A stretch of 36,028 bases of DNA. Origin: Chiloscyllium plagiosum (taxonomy: Eukaryota). The notes below the pieces were generated by a model. The model was not told where the DNA came from, ran no database searches, and saw only the letters and a program-made list of their open reading frames with translations. Every line of letters starts with the position of its first letter. Positions within the stretch are counted from its first letter, which is position 1. The stretch is from contig NC_057749.1 of NCBI RefSeq assembly GCF_004010195.1, forward strand, positions 24,337,086 through 24,373,113. Direction: 5' to 3'. Shown piece by piece: positions 1 through 12,513 of this stretch. The translations under genes were made by a program, and so were the position numbers.

Positions 1-1800
1 ACTGCTACAGCGGCACAGAAGACTGCAAAGGGGCACAGACACTGCTACAGCGGCACAGAGACTGCTACAGGAGAACAGAGACTGCTACAGGGCCACAGAG
101 ACTGCTATAAGGGCACAGAGACTGCTATAAGGGCACAAAGACTGCTACAGGGGCACAAAGACTGCTACAGGGACACACAGAATGCTATAGGGGCACAGAG
201 ACTGCTACAGTGGTACTGAGACAGTTACAGGGGCACAGAGACAGTTACAGGGGCATAGAGACTGCGACAGGAGCACAGAGACTTCTATAGGGGCACTGAG
301 ATGCTGCAGGAGCACAGAGACTGCTACAGCGGCACAGAGACTGCTACAGGGGCACAGAGACTGCTACAGTGGCACAGAGACTGATACTGGGTCATGGAGA
401 CTGCTACAGGAACACAGAGACTGCTACAGGGGCACAGAGACTGCTACAGTGGCACAGAGACTGATACTGGGGCATGGAGACTGCTACAGGAACACAGAGA
501 CTGCTACAGGGGCACAGAGACTGATACTGGGGCATGGAGACTGCTACAGGAACACAGAGACTGCTACAGGGGCACAGAGACTGCTATAGGGGCACAGAAA
601 CTGCTACAGTGGCACAGAGACTGCTACAGGGGCTCGGAGACTGCTACAGTGGCACAGAGACAGTTACAGGGGCATAGAGACTGCGACAGGAGCACAGAGA
701 CTTCTATAGGGGCACAGAGATGCTGCAGGAGCACAGAGACTGCTATAGGGGCACGGAGACTGCTACAGGGCCACAGAGACTGCTATAGGGGCACAGAGAC
801 TACTACAGGGGCACAAAGACTACTACAGGAGCACAGAGACTGCTATAGGGGCACAGAGACTACTACAGGGGCACACAGACTGCTATAGGGGCACAGAACT
901 GCTATAGGGGCACGGAGACTGCTATAGGGGCACAGAGACTGCTACAGGTGCACAGAGACTGCTACAGGGGCACAGAGACTGCTGTAGGGACACGGAGACT
1001 GCTATAGGAGCACAGAGACTGCTATAGCAGCACAGAGACTTCTACAGGGGCACACAGACTGCTATAGGGGCACAGAGACTGCTACAAGGGCACAGAGACT
1101 GCTACAGGGGCACAGAGACTGCTGTAGGGACACAGAGACTGCTGTAGGGACATGGAGACTGCTACAGGGGCACAGAGACTGCTACAGGGGCACAGAGACT
1201 GCTACAGCGGCACAGAGACTGCTACAGCGGCACAGAGACTGCGACAGGAGCACAGAGACTGCTACAGCGGCACAGAGACTGCTAGAGGGGCACAGAGACT
1301 GCTACAGGGGCACAGAGCAGAGACTGCTATAGGGGCACAGGGACTGCTATAGGGGCACAGAGACTGCTATAGGGGCACAGGGACTGCTATAGGGGCACAG
1401 AGACTGCTATAGGGGCACAGGGACTGCTATAGGGGCACAGAGACTGCTATAGGGGCACAGGGACTGCTATAGGGGCACAGAGACTGCTATAGGGGCACAG
1501 GGACTGCTATAGGGGCACAGAGAACTGCTATAGGGCACAGAGACTGCTATAGGGGCACAGAGACTGCTATAGGGGCACAGAGACTGCTACAGTGGCACAG
1601 AGACTGCTACAGGGGCTCGGAGACTGCTACAGTGGCACAGAGACTGCTTTAGAGGCACAGAGACTGCTATAGGGGCACAGGGACTGCTATAGGGGCACAG
1701 AGACTGCTATAGGGGCACAGAGACTGCTATAGGGGCACAGGGACTGCTATAGGGGCACAGGGACTGCTACAGTGGCACGGAGACTGCTACAGGGGCACAG
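1..1800. repeat. 20-bp minisatellite, consensus GAGACTGCTACAGGGGCACA (runs off the left edge)
   Basis: Visible 20-nt periodicity, about 90 units, with local 60-bp (about 340-580) and 40-bp (about 1321-1520, alternating agac/ggac) higher-order blocks. ORFs 394-888 and 1152-1352 are repeat translations. Confidence 0.97.
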
Positions 1801-4110
1801 AGACTGCTAATGGGGATAGACACTGCCAAAGGGGAAAGACACTGCTAAGGGGGACGGACTCTGCTAAGGGGGACGGACTCTGCTAAGGGGGACGGACTCT
1901 GCTAAGGGGGACGGACTCTGCTAAGGGGGAAAGACACTGCTAAAGGAGACAGATGCTGCTAAAGGGGAAAGACACAGCTAAAGGGGAAAGACACAGCTAA
2001 AGGGGACAGAGACTGCTAAAGGGGACAGAGACTGCTAAAGGGGACAGAGACTGCTAAAGGGGAAAGACGCTGCAAAAGGAGACATGCTGCTAAAGGGGAA
2101 AGACACAGCTAAAGGGGACAGAAACTGCTAAAGGGGACAGACACTGCTAAAGGGGAAAGACGCTTCTAAAGGAGACAGATGCTGCTAAAGGGGAAACACA
2201 CAGCTAAAGGAGACAGGCGCTGCTAAAGGGGACAGACACTGCTAAAGGGGAAAGACGCTTCTAAAGGAGACAGATGCTGCTAAAGGTGAAAGACACAGCT
2301 AATGGGGACAGAGACTGCTAAAGGGGAAAGACACTGCTAAAGGGAACAGACGCTGCTAAAGGGAACAGACGCTGCTAAAGGGACAGACGCTGCTAAAGGG
2401 ACAGACGCTGCTAAAGGGGAAAGATGCTGCTCAAGGGGACAGACGCTGCTAAAGGCACAGACGCTGCTAAAGGGACAGACACTGCTAAAGGGGACGAACA
2501 CTGCTAAAGGAGACAGACACTGCTAAAGGGGACGAACACTGCTAAAGGAGACAGACACTGCTAAAGGAGATAGATGCTGCTATTGGGGACACAAGCTGCT
2601 AAAGGGGACAGACAGCTAAAGGGGAAAGTTGCTGCTAAAGTGGATAGATGCTGCTAAAGCAACAGACGCTGCTAAAGGGACTGACACTGCTAAAGGGAAC
2701 AGACGCTGCTAAAGGGGACAGACACTGCTAAAGGGACAGACACTGCTAAAGGGGACGAACACTGCTAAAGGAGACAGACACTGCTAAAGGGGACAAACAC
2801 TGCTAAAGGAGATAGACGCTGCCAAAGGGGACACAAGCTGCTAAAGAGAACAGACACTGCTAAAGGGGAAAGATGCTGCTAAAGGGGACAGACAGTGCTA
2901 AAGGGGACAGAGGGACATACACTGCTAAAGAGGATAGACACTGCTAAAGGGGATAGATACTACTAAAGGGGACAGACAGTGCTAAAGGGGACAGACAGTG
3001 CTAAAGGGGAAAGACGCTGTTAAAATGGACAGACACGGCTAAAGGGGAAAGACACAGCTAAAGAAGACAGATATCGCAAAATGGGATAGACACTGCTAAA
3101 GGGGATTGACACAGCTAAAGGACACAGACACTGCTAAAGGGGACAGACGCTGTTAAAGGGGACAGACACTGCTAAAGGGGATGGACACTGCTAAAGGGGA
3201 CAGACATTGCTAAAGGGGATAGACACTGCTAAAAGGGATTGACACTGCTAAAGGATACAGACACTGCTAAAGGAGACAGACACTGCTAAAGGGAACAGAC
3301 ACTACTAAAGGGGATCGACACTGCTAAAGGATACAGACACTGCTAAAGGGGACAGTCACTGCTAAAGGGGACAGATGCTGTTAAAGGGGACAGACACTGC
3401 TAAAGGGGATGGACACTGATAAAGGGGACAGACAGTGCTAAAGGGGGACATACACGGCTAAAGGTGAAAGATGCTGCTAAAGGGGACAGACATTACTAAA
3501 GGGGACGAACACTGTTAAAGGGAGACAGACCACTGCTAAAGGAGACAGACAGTGCTAAAGGGGACAGACAGTGCTAAAGGGGGACAGACACTGCTAAAGG
3601 GGAAAGACGCTCCTAAAGGCGACAGACACTGCTAAAGGGGACAGACAGTGCTAACAGGGGCAGAGACTGCTAAAGGGGGACATACACCGCTAAAGGGGAC
3701 GGTCACTGCTAAAGGAGATAGACACTGCTAATGGGGACAGACACTGCTAAAGGGGTCAGACACTGCTAAAGGAGATAGACACTGCTAATGGGGACAGACA
3801 CTGCTAAAGGGGACAGACACTGCTAAAGAGGATAGACACTGCTAAAGGGGTCAGACACTGCTAAAGGAGATAGACACTGCTAATGGGGACAGACACTGCT
3901 AAAGGGGACGGTCACTGCTAAAGGAGATAGACACTGCTAAAGGGGTCAGACACTGCTAAAGGAGATAGACACTGCTAATGGGGACAGACACTGCTAAAGG
4001 GGACAGACACTGCTAAAGGGGATAGACACTGCTAAAGGATACAGACGCTGTTAAAGGGACTGACTCTGCTAAAGAGGGCAGACACTGCTAAAGAGGCACA
4101 GAGACTGCTG
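1801..4110. repeat. 19-bp minisatellite, consensus GACACTGCTAAAGGGGACA, related to the 20-mer
   Basis: Visible 19-nt periodicity, about 120 units. The last unit reverts toward the 20-mer form (ggcacagagactgct). Confidence 0.97.
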
Positions 4111-4134
4111 CCATCTCCTAGCAATTCGCACTAG

Positions 4135-4490
4135 TGCAGTCTTGCACTGAATTCAAAAGGTTGTGGGTTCAGAGGCTGATGTGTAAAATGCTGGGGCCTG
4201 CAGGATTGCTGCTGTGTTTCTGAATACTGAGGCCCTATCAACCCTCTCGTGTGGACGTATGGATTCTATTGCACTCTGTGGAAGAACAGCAAGCTTTTTG
4301 TCCTGGCCAATCCCTCCCCCAATCGCTGGAAACGGATGATCCAGACATTGCCAGTTTGCTGTCTGTGGGAGCTCGCTGTTCACAGGCCTGCTTGCTGCAT
4401 GTCCTGAATTTGGAACGACGCTAACACTTCATTAACTGTAAAGTGATTTGGGGTGTCCTGCGGTTGTGAAAGCCATTCTTGTCTTTAATT
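4135..4490 (+). mobile_element. Degenerate DeuSINE (SacSINE1-like)
   Basis: tRNA-like head (aggttgtgggttca), Deu-domain-like tgtcctggccaat...tgctgtctgtgggagctcgctg, and tail ctgtaaagtgatttggggtgtcctg. Recognised from memory of the family. Confidence 0.7.
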
Positions 4491-4730
4491 CCTCGGGTCG
4501 TGGGCATTGCTGGCAAAGCCCTTTGAACTGAGCTGTTTGCTCGGGTCATTTCCGAGGGCAGTTCGGAGTCACATGCTGTGTGCCACAGACTAGTGGCTGG
4601 GTGAATTGGGTTGAATCTAAATTCTCTCATTAACAATAAAGGGTATCCGATACTTTATAAATCTAGCGTCCATTTCAGAAATGAATCAGCTAAAGTCCAG
4701 AGCTCTGAATTCGTCCAGAATTCTGTTCTT

Positions 4731-5020
4731 AAGATGAGATTCCCTACAGTGTGGAAACAGGCCCTTCGGCCCAACAAGTCCACACTGACCCTCCAAAGAG
4801 CAACCCACCCAGACTCATTTCCCTCTGATTAATGCACCTAATACTATGGACAATTTAGCACAGCCAATTCACCTGACCTGCACATCTTCGGAGGAAACCA
4901 GAGCACCCAGAGGAAAACCACGCAGAGAATGTGCAAACTCCACACAGACAGTCGCCTGAGGCTGGAATCAAACTCGGGTCCCTAGGCTGCAGTGCTAACC
5001 ACTGAGCCACTATGCCATCC
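4731..5020 (-). mobile_element. HE1-type V-SINE
   Basis: Minus strand reads gggatggcatagtggctcagtggttagcactgc (A box), gagtttgattcc (B box), V-domain tgtgtggagtttgcacattct, and a CR1/HER1-like tail ggccgaagggcctgtttccacactgtagggaatc. Confidence 0.85.
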
Positions 5021-5074
5021 CTGTGAATCCATTTGGAGGGAAAGAGAAAAGGAAAAAGAGGTGAATCCTGCCCT

Positions 5075-5270
5075 TAATTTAATGTGATTTATCATAGTCG
5101 CATTTACCCAATTACAGTGAAAAGCTTTGTTTTGTGAACAGTACAAGCAGATCATAGCGAGCAAGATTATGCAGATCAAAGGGTGATTGGACAGAGTGAG
5201 GCAAAAAAGTTAAAGCGAGACAGGAGGTTCACAAAGCAAGATCAACATTAGATCTGAGGTTTGAGAGAAA
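5075..5270 (-). mobile_element. Rex1/Babar-type LINE 3' UTR fragment
   Basis: acagtgaaaagctttgttttgtgaacagtacaagcagatc matches the 3' UTR of the Rex1-like copy at 33208-34280. Confidence 0.6.
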
Positions 5271-5559
5271 ATGTTATTAGTGATTTTTCCAGACTTAGAA
5301 TTTAGGTGTAAAAGTGCAGAACGGTTTTAAGAAATGTGAGAACAAGATCTGCTGTAGACAGCAAGCGAAGAGTGGCCCAGTGTCAGCCATCTTGGACTGC
5401 TGCCTGTGCGTCCATAATAAGGAAGTTAAGCTCTCTTCAGTTATTTGGTTGCTATGGAGATCTTGACTAAGAATCTCAAGTGAAAGAATGCTGGAACTGC
5501 ACGTGAGCTTCCAAAGATTGGATTGGTACTGAATATCGCACAGTGCTACCCACACCCAC

Positions 5560-5772
5560 TCAGTTCTGAAGAAGGCTCACTGGAACCCAAAACGCTGATT
5601 CTGCTTTCTCTCCACAGATGCTGCCAGACCTGCAGAGTTTCTTCAGCAATTTCTATTGTTTGGGATTCCTGATGAAGGGCTTATGCCCGAAACGTCGATT
5701 CTCTTGCTCCTCGGATGCTGCCTGACCTGCTGCACTTTGATCACGATTCTGATTTCCAGCATCTGCAGTCCT
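5560..5772 (+). mobile_element. Two adjacent Penelope-like element terminal fragments, each with a hammerhead-like core
   Basis: ctgaagaaggctcactggaacccaaaacg at 5566 and ctgatgaagggcttatgcccgaaacgtc at 5669, followed by gatgctgcc...ccagcatctgcagtcctcact. The same terminus is attached to the GIY-YIG fragment at 31223-31870. Confidence 0.75.
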
Positions 5773-6202
5773 CACTCTCTCCTAATTTCTATTGTTCTAA
5801 CATACTTAGCTGACTTTCCAATCCAGGTTCCTGCTGAAGGGCGACTAATGTTTTGAATAATTCTTCATGTTATTAAACCAATCTGTTTCCTGTCAGGCCA
5901 TCAAAAACATTGTGTGCCAATACAAAGAAAAGGCCATAAAAAAATCCTACAGAACTTCATACATTGACTAGATGTGATAAAATTGACATCTGTTGGTGTG
6001 AGGTAAACACTTCCCATCGTATTAATGATCAATAATGAAAGAAACCTTGTAATGGAGAGGATAGTGTCCCCACCTCCGAGACAAAACCTCAGGGTTTGGG
6101 TCCCACTCCAAGACTGGACGGCTAAGGATGTACTGATGTGAACAATCAAATTAGGAGAAGCAGGCCACTCAGCCCCTTATGCCTGCATTGCCATTTGATA
6201 GT

Positions 6203-6455
6203 ATCATAGAATCCCTACAGTGTGGAGGACGGCCATTCGGCCCATCAGATCCACACTGACCCTCCAAAGAGCATCCTACCCAGATTGCACTTCCCCATTC
6301 CCTGTAACCCTGCATTCCCCATGGCTAATCCACCTAGCCTGACATCCCTGGAAACTCCCATGGCAGTTTAGCACGGCCAATTCGCCCTAATCTGTACATC
6401 TTTAGAGGAAACCAGAGTACCCAGAGGAAACCCACACTGACACGGGGAGAACGTG
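6203..6455 (-). mobile_element. HE1-type SINE, 5'-truncated
   Basis: Same tail and body as 4731-5020. Confidence 0.75.
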
Positions 6456-8290
6456 ACGGATAATAATTCCCGAGTGAACGTTGACCTGTAGGACAAAGGA
6501 GCTTTTCCCTCCCTAGGGACACAGGAGGTTATTGGGAGTACCTGCTTGTTTCTAGTGGCTAGATTGTTATTATTTCATAGGTTTTGTTATTGCCCAGCGG
6601 GGTGGAATCCTCAGGGACAGTTTCATAGGGTTGTACCTTGACGACCACCGCTTTGGTTCCCAGACAGACTTCACCCAAATCCACGTGCTATATCTCTTTT
6701 ATCCAGACTCTGTTTCCATTTAGTTACAGGTCCCTGTGACCAGACGCTCAACCGAAATGCATCTGACCCCCCAATCATTTAAAATAATCAGTTGTTGTTG
6801 TGTGAAAACTGCACCCTCAATACCAGTACCTAGCTAACTAATATCCACAAATCCACACAACACATTTGAGCTATTTATGTGCCTCTTTATCTCAATCCGG
6901 GGTGAAAGTCCACACGGTACATACTATCCCTGGCTGGTTCCTAATCACCAGGGCTGATTTAGGAGGACAATCGTGTTAACCTGGTTTAACGTCTTTGGAA
7001 TTTACGAGGCTGAGAAGTGATCGGATCCAAGTGTTTAATCTGATGGGGCGGACACAGGGAAACTGTTACCTCTGAGGGAGGAAATCAAGAACAAACAGCC
7101 ACAATCTTAAAATTACAGCATCTCTGTTCCAGATCGAAATCGGAGGAGGGGGGGAACGACAGCTGATCACACCAAGGGGATTGGAAATCTGAAACTCTCT
7201 CCCCTTAAAGGCTTGGGGTGTTAGTATTGGGATGTGCGGTAGGAGATTCAAGACTTAGCAACAGTTACTTGTTCAGTAAGGATATTAAAGGATATGGAGC
7301 TGATTAGCTCAGTTGACCGGATGGCTGGTTTGGGACTCTGACAATTCCCACACAGCTGATTACCATTAAGGTCCTGCCTTCTGAACCTTGCCTCCACCTT
7401 ATGACCCTCAGGTCAAACCCACAACCAGTGGCCTCTCTCTAATAAGAGTGTGGGATCTTTGGGAGTATGGTGACTTTGCCTCAAGATTACTTGAGTACAG
7501 TAATATTGCCACATATGGCACCACCTTAGGGTCAAAAGTACTTCGGTACAAATTCTTAGTTGCAGATGTGCAAAAATTAATAAGTTAGAAAGTTCAGCAC
7601 TGCAGTCTTCTTAGAATAAAAATAGAAAAATAAAGAAGGAAGGTTAAGAAGTTAAAGGGATATGGAGTAAAGATGGTAACCTGCTTGAGATATGGATTGC
7701 CCTCCTCAGGTTTTGTGGACACAGTGGGTAGTGTCCACACCTCTGGGGCTGAAGCTCTGCGTTCAAAGCCCACCTCAGGACATGATGGCCACAGAATGTA
7801 CATCACAGCGCAACCAAACTAGTTGCTTATTAACCCTTTCGATTCAATCTGATGGTCAGAGAGAGCGCGAGAGAGAGACACCCCTGTCTATCCAGAACTG
7901 ACGCAGCACAACAGCCTTCCCAGGTTCAGTGATTCGACCTGCAGGCTGTTGTCATTCTCAATCTGAGATACCATCACACACAGATTAGCCACGATCTAAT
8001 GAGATGGTGGGACAGGTTTCTGGAGGGAAGAAGGCTCAATGGCTTGTTTCAGTTGTCACATGACTTCACTTTGAACAAGGATCTGACAGTCAGTTCAATG
8101 GAGGTGGACTGATCAAAACACATAGCTACAGAGTTGCACCTTCTTAACCCCTATAAATATCAGCCAATCATAATATTTCCACCAGACAAATTATGGCCAA
8201 AGCTTAACAACTTTGGTTACATCACTCACCACTTTAATTGAAAAAGGTACCTGAATATGTTAGATCCCCAACTATCCTGGTGCTGTTGAT

Positions 8291-8476
8291 AGGTGACAGC
8301 CTAGTGGTATTATCACTAGACTATTAATGCAGAGACCCAGCTAATGTTCTGGAGAACCTGGGTTCAAATCCCACCATGGCAGATGGTGGAATTTGTATTC
8401 AATAAATATCTGGAATTAAGAGTCTAATGATGACCATGAAACCATTGTTGAATGTTGGAAACCATCTGGTTCACTA
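8291..8476 (+). mobile_element. tRNA-derived SINE, 5' half (continues at about 11392-11570)
   Basis: A-box-like ggtgacagcctagtgg and B box gggttcaaatcc, ending ...ccatctggttcacta. The related copy at about 23480-23725 runs catctggtttactaatggcctttagacaagaaaacctaccacc, which bridges to 11392 atatcctttcgaaggaaatctgccatcc. Confidence 0.7.
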
Positions 8477-8912
8477 GAGATGTACAGCATGGAAACAGAC
8501 CCTTTGGTCCAACTTGTCTATGCCAACCAGATATCCTAAATTCATCTAGCCCCTTTTGGCCCATATCTCTCCAAGCTGTTCCTACTCATATACCCATCCA
8601 GATGCCTTTTAAATGTTGTCATTGTGCCAGCCTCCACTACTTCCTCTGGCAGCTCATTCCATACACACACCACCCTCTGCATGAAAACATTGCATCTTAG
8701 ATCTGTCTTAAATCTTTCCCTTCTCACCTTAAATCTATGCCCTCTAGTTTTAGACCTCCCGACCCCAGGCAAAAGACCTTGCCCACTTACTCAATCCATG
8801 CCCCTCATGAGTTTATACACCTCTATAAAGTCATCCCTCAGCCTCCAACACTCCAGGGAAAACAGCCCCGGCCTATCCAGCCTCTCCCTATAGCTCAAAC
8901 CCTCCAACCCTG
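8477..8912 (-). mobile_element. CR1/HER1 LINE 3' end
   Basis: ORF 8542-8772 TRGHRFKV...QRVVCVWNELPEEVVEAG is the CR1 ORF2 C-terminus. Confidence 0.9.
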
Positions 8913-9292
8913 CAGACACCCTCGTCAATGTGAATCACATATTGACGAGATCACATCTGGAGAATTACATACAGATCTAGTTGTCATATTTTAAAAAGAA
9001 TTCAAAGGCACCAAGGCAAAAAGAATTTGCATGATACTACCAAAAATGTGAGGTTATTCCCATAAGCAAACAGTGGACATGTAGGCGCTTTCTTTGTGGA
9101 TAAAGATGAATATGTGACCGATAGAAATCGTTAAGGTTATAAGAGGTTGTGATTAGAACAAACATGGAATTGTTCCACTTGTTGAGAAGAACATAACTAG
9201 GTGGCATTAACATAAAATAGTTATTAATAAAGCAATAGAGAATTTAGGAAGGATAGAAAGGGGGGCAAGAGAGGAAGGGGAGTGGCATTTTT

Positions 9293-10197
9293 AGAGTCAT
9301 AGAGATGTACAGAATGGAAACAGACCATTAGGTCCAACCCTTCCATGCCAACCAGATATCCCAACCCAATCTAGTCCCACCTGTCAGCACCCAGCCCATA
9401 TCCCTCGAAACCCTCCCTATTCATATACCCATTGAAATGCCTTTTAAATGTTGCAATTGTACCAGCCTCCACCACAACCTCTGGCAACTCATTCCATACC
9501 TGTACCACCCTCTGGGTGAAAAAGTTGCCCCTTAGGTCTCTTTTATAGCTTTCCCCTCTCACCCTAAACCTATGCCCTCTAGTTCTGGACTCCCCCACCC
9601 CAGGGAAAAGACTTTGCTCATAATTTTGTAAACCTCTCCGGCCTATCACCCTCACCTTAACCTCCTTCCACCTATCGCATTCCCAACGCCCCTCCCCCAA
9701 GTCCCTCCTCCCTACCTTTTATCTCAACCTGCTTGGCACACCCTCCTCATTCCTGAAGAAGGGCTTATGTCCGAAACGTCGATTCTCCTTCTCCTTTGAT
9801 GCTGCCTGACCTGCTGCGCTTTCCCACCAACAAGATCAGGCTCATTGGTCTATAGTTTCCTGGCTTGTCCTTACCATCCTTCTTAAACAGTGGCACCACG
9901 TTTGCCAGCCTCCAATCTTCCAGCACTTCACCTGTGACTATCAATGATACAAATATCTCAGCAAGAGGCCCAGCAATCACTTCTCTGGCTTCCCTCAGAG
10001 TTCTAGGGAACACCTGATCAGGTCCTGGGGATTTATCCACCTTTACCCATTTCAAGACATCCAGCACTTCCTCCTCTGTAATCTGGATATTTTGCAAGAT
10101 GTCACCATTTATTTCCCTACAGTCTATATCTTCCATATCCTTTTCCACAGTAAATAGAGATGCAAAATATTCATTTAGTATCTCCCCAATTTTCTGC
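9293..10197 (-). mobile_element. Composite: CR1 3' end, Penelope terminus (about 9638-9822, + strand), CR1 ORF2 middle
   Basis: ORF 9371-9700 (WNELPEVVVEAG), ORF 9765-10262 (KSPGPD...WRLANVVPLFKK...PGNYRP), and a hammerhead-like core at 9753-9780. Confidence 0.85.
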
Positions 10198-10289
10198 TTG
10201 ATGTGAGATAGCATTACTGCTTTACTTAGGGAGGATATTCCTGGGAATACATCCAGGGACATTATTTGAGGGGAACTGAAAAATAAGAT

Positions 10290-11388
10290 AGAGGGGCCCA
10301 GAAATCACTTCCCTGGCTTCCCGTAGGGTTCTTGGGTACACCTGGTCGGGTCCTGGGGATTTGTCTACCTTTATGCATTTTGGGACATCCAGCACTTCCT
10401 CCTCTGTAATGTGGACATTTTTCAAGATGTCACCGTCTATTTCCCTACATTCTATATCTTTCTTATCCTTTTCCACAGTAAACAGTATACAAAATACTCA
10501 TTTAGTATCTCGCCCATCTCCTGCAGCTACACAAATAGGCTGCCTTGCTGATCTTTGAGGGGCCCTATTCTCTCCCTAGTTACCCTTTTGTCCTTAATGT
10601 ATTTGTAAAAACTGTTTGGATTCTCCTTAATTCTATTTGCCAAAGCTATCTCATGTCCCCTTTTTGCCCTCTTGATTTCCTTCTTAAGTATACTCCTACT
10701 GCCCTTATACTCTTCTAAGGATTCATTCGATCTCTCCTGTCAATATCTGACATATGCTTCCTTCATTTTCTTAACCAAAACCTTAATTTCTCTAGTCATC
10801 CAACTTTCCCCACGCCTACCAGCCTTTCCTTTCACCCTAACAGGAATATACTGTCTCTGCACTCTCATTATCTCATTTCTGAAGGCTTCCCATTTTCCAG
10901 CTGTCCCCTTACCTGCGAATATCTGCCCCCGATCAGCTTTTGAAAAATGTTGCCTAATATCATCAAAATTGGCCTTTCTCCAATTTAGAACTTCAACTTT
11001 TAGATCCGGTCTATCCTTTTCCAACACTATTTTAAAACTAATAGAATTATGGTCACTGGCCCCAAAGTGCTCCCCCACTGACACCTCAGTCACCTGCCCT
11101 GCCTTATTTCCCAAGAGTAGGTCAAGTTTTGCCTTCTCTAGTAGGTACATCCACATACCGAATCAGAAAATGTTCTTGTACACACTTAACAAATTCCGTT
11201 GTTACAATACGGAATGGACTCAAAAACTCTTAACACTATGGCAGTCCCAGTCTATGTTTCGAAAATTAAAATCCTTCATCATAACCACCCTATTATTCTT
11301 ATAGATAACTGAAATCTCCTTACAAATTTGTTTCTCAATTCCCCACTGACTATTAGGGGGTCTATAATACAATCCCAATAAGGTGATA
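10290..11388 (-). mobile_element. CR1 LINE ORF2 fragment (end of APE endonuclease to pre-RT region), decayed
   Basis: LDLLLGN...GEHFGASDHNSI (ORF 10740-11156), KSPGPD (ORF 10222-10476), starting at ITLLGLYYRPP near 11388. Confidence 0.9.
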
Positions 11389-11703
11389 GAATATCCTTTC
11401 GAAGGAAATCTGCCATCCTTACCTGGTCTGGCCTACATGTAGGAGGAAGTGAGAACGGCAGGCACTGGAAAGTGACTCCAAACCCACAACAATGTAGTTG
11501 ACTCAAACTATTAGGGATGGGGTATAAACGTTAGTCATGGCCAAGTGCCATGAATGAATTAAAAAGGAAACATCCCTCAGTGTCAACCAGTTCTTCTTTC
11601 TGCCAATGGCTTTGGTGGCTTTGTGATGGTTGCTGGTGCTGCAAACCCAGAGGTGAGATTTCACACACATGTTCAGGTGATAGCTGATTAGTTGTGGCTT
11701 ATC

Positions 11704-12345
11704 ACCAGAAGAGACGACCATCCAAGCCAGCAGATTACATTCAGAAAACACCAGCTCATTCAGAATTGGAATGAGGAGACAGAAATGCAAGGAAGGAAGA
11801 TCCATCCCACCCTGACACACACACACACACACACACACATACATTTCTACCCTACTGTTGTTACAATACGGAATGGACTCAAAAACTCTTAACATTTGCC
11901 TGTCCCTGTGTTTTGTTGTTTCCTGCTGTTTACCTATTATCTACTATCTATGTTACTTAACCATGTTAGCTGCCTGTATTGCTCACAAGACAAAGCTTTT
12001 CACTGTGCCTCGGTATACCAGAAAAGACGACCAGCAGATTACATTCAGAAAACACCAGCTCATTCAGAATTGGAATCAGGAGACAGAAATGCAAGGAAGG
12101 AAGATCCATCCCACCCTGACACACACACACACATACACACACACACACTTCTACCCTACTGTTGTTTTAATACGGAATGGACTCAAAAACTCTTAACATT
12201 TGGCTGTCCCTATGTTTTGTTGTTTACTGCTGTTTACCTATTATCTACTATCTATGCTACTTAACCATGTTAGCTGCCTGTATTGCTCACAAGACAAAGC
12301 TTTTCACTGTGCCTCGAGACACCTGACAATAAATTCAATTCAATT
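11704..12345 (+). repeat. About 310-bp tandem duplication containing (CA)n and a Rex1-like 3' end with (TTCAA)n tail
   Basis: Copies start at 11704 and 12017 (accagaa...), with ACC microhomology at the junction. Only copy 2 continues into gacaataaattcaattcaa. Confidence 0.9.
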
Positions 12346-12404
12346 TACAAACCCTCCCCAACCCCCCCCCCAATACTGGTCATAGAGTGACACCCCGAGC
12401 TTAC

Positions 12405-12513
12405 CTGGGCACTTGACGTCCATGAAGTAGGAGTTTGGGCTTTGAACCAAACGTTTTTTCTTGTGCCGCCTCCGCTCTGCTTCTGGAGACGGGTTTAACA
12501 AATCCTTCGCCAA
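12405..12513 (-). CDS. RPS27: 40S ribosomal protein S27 family (RPS27/RPS27L), coding exon 2
   Basis: ttgcag|TTG GCG AAG...TGC CCA G|gtaagc. It translates [36 protein letters not shown](G). At 109 nt, phase 0 to phase 1, it fits the vertebrate RPS27 exon-2 layout. The paralog (RPS27 vs RPS27L) is not resolved. Confidence 0.96.

Noticed and set aside
394..1352. Repetitive ORFs (ETATGAQRLLQGHRDCY)
   Set aside because: Translations of the 20-bp minisatellite with frame-shifting indels and no gene context.
6460..7050. Unassigned unique-looking stretch in intron 2
   Set aside because: No ORF, RNA motif or repeat that I can support without a database search.
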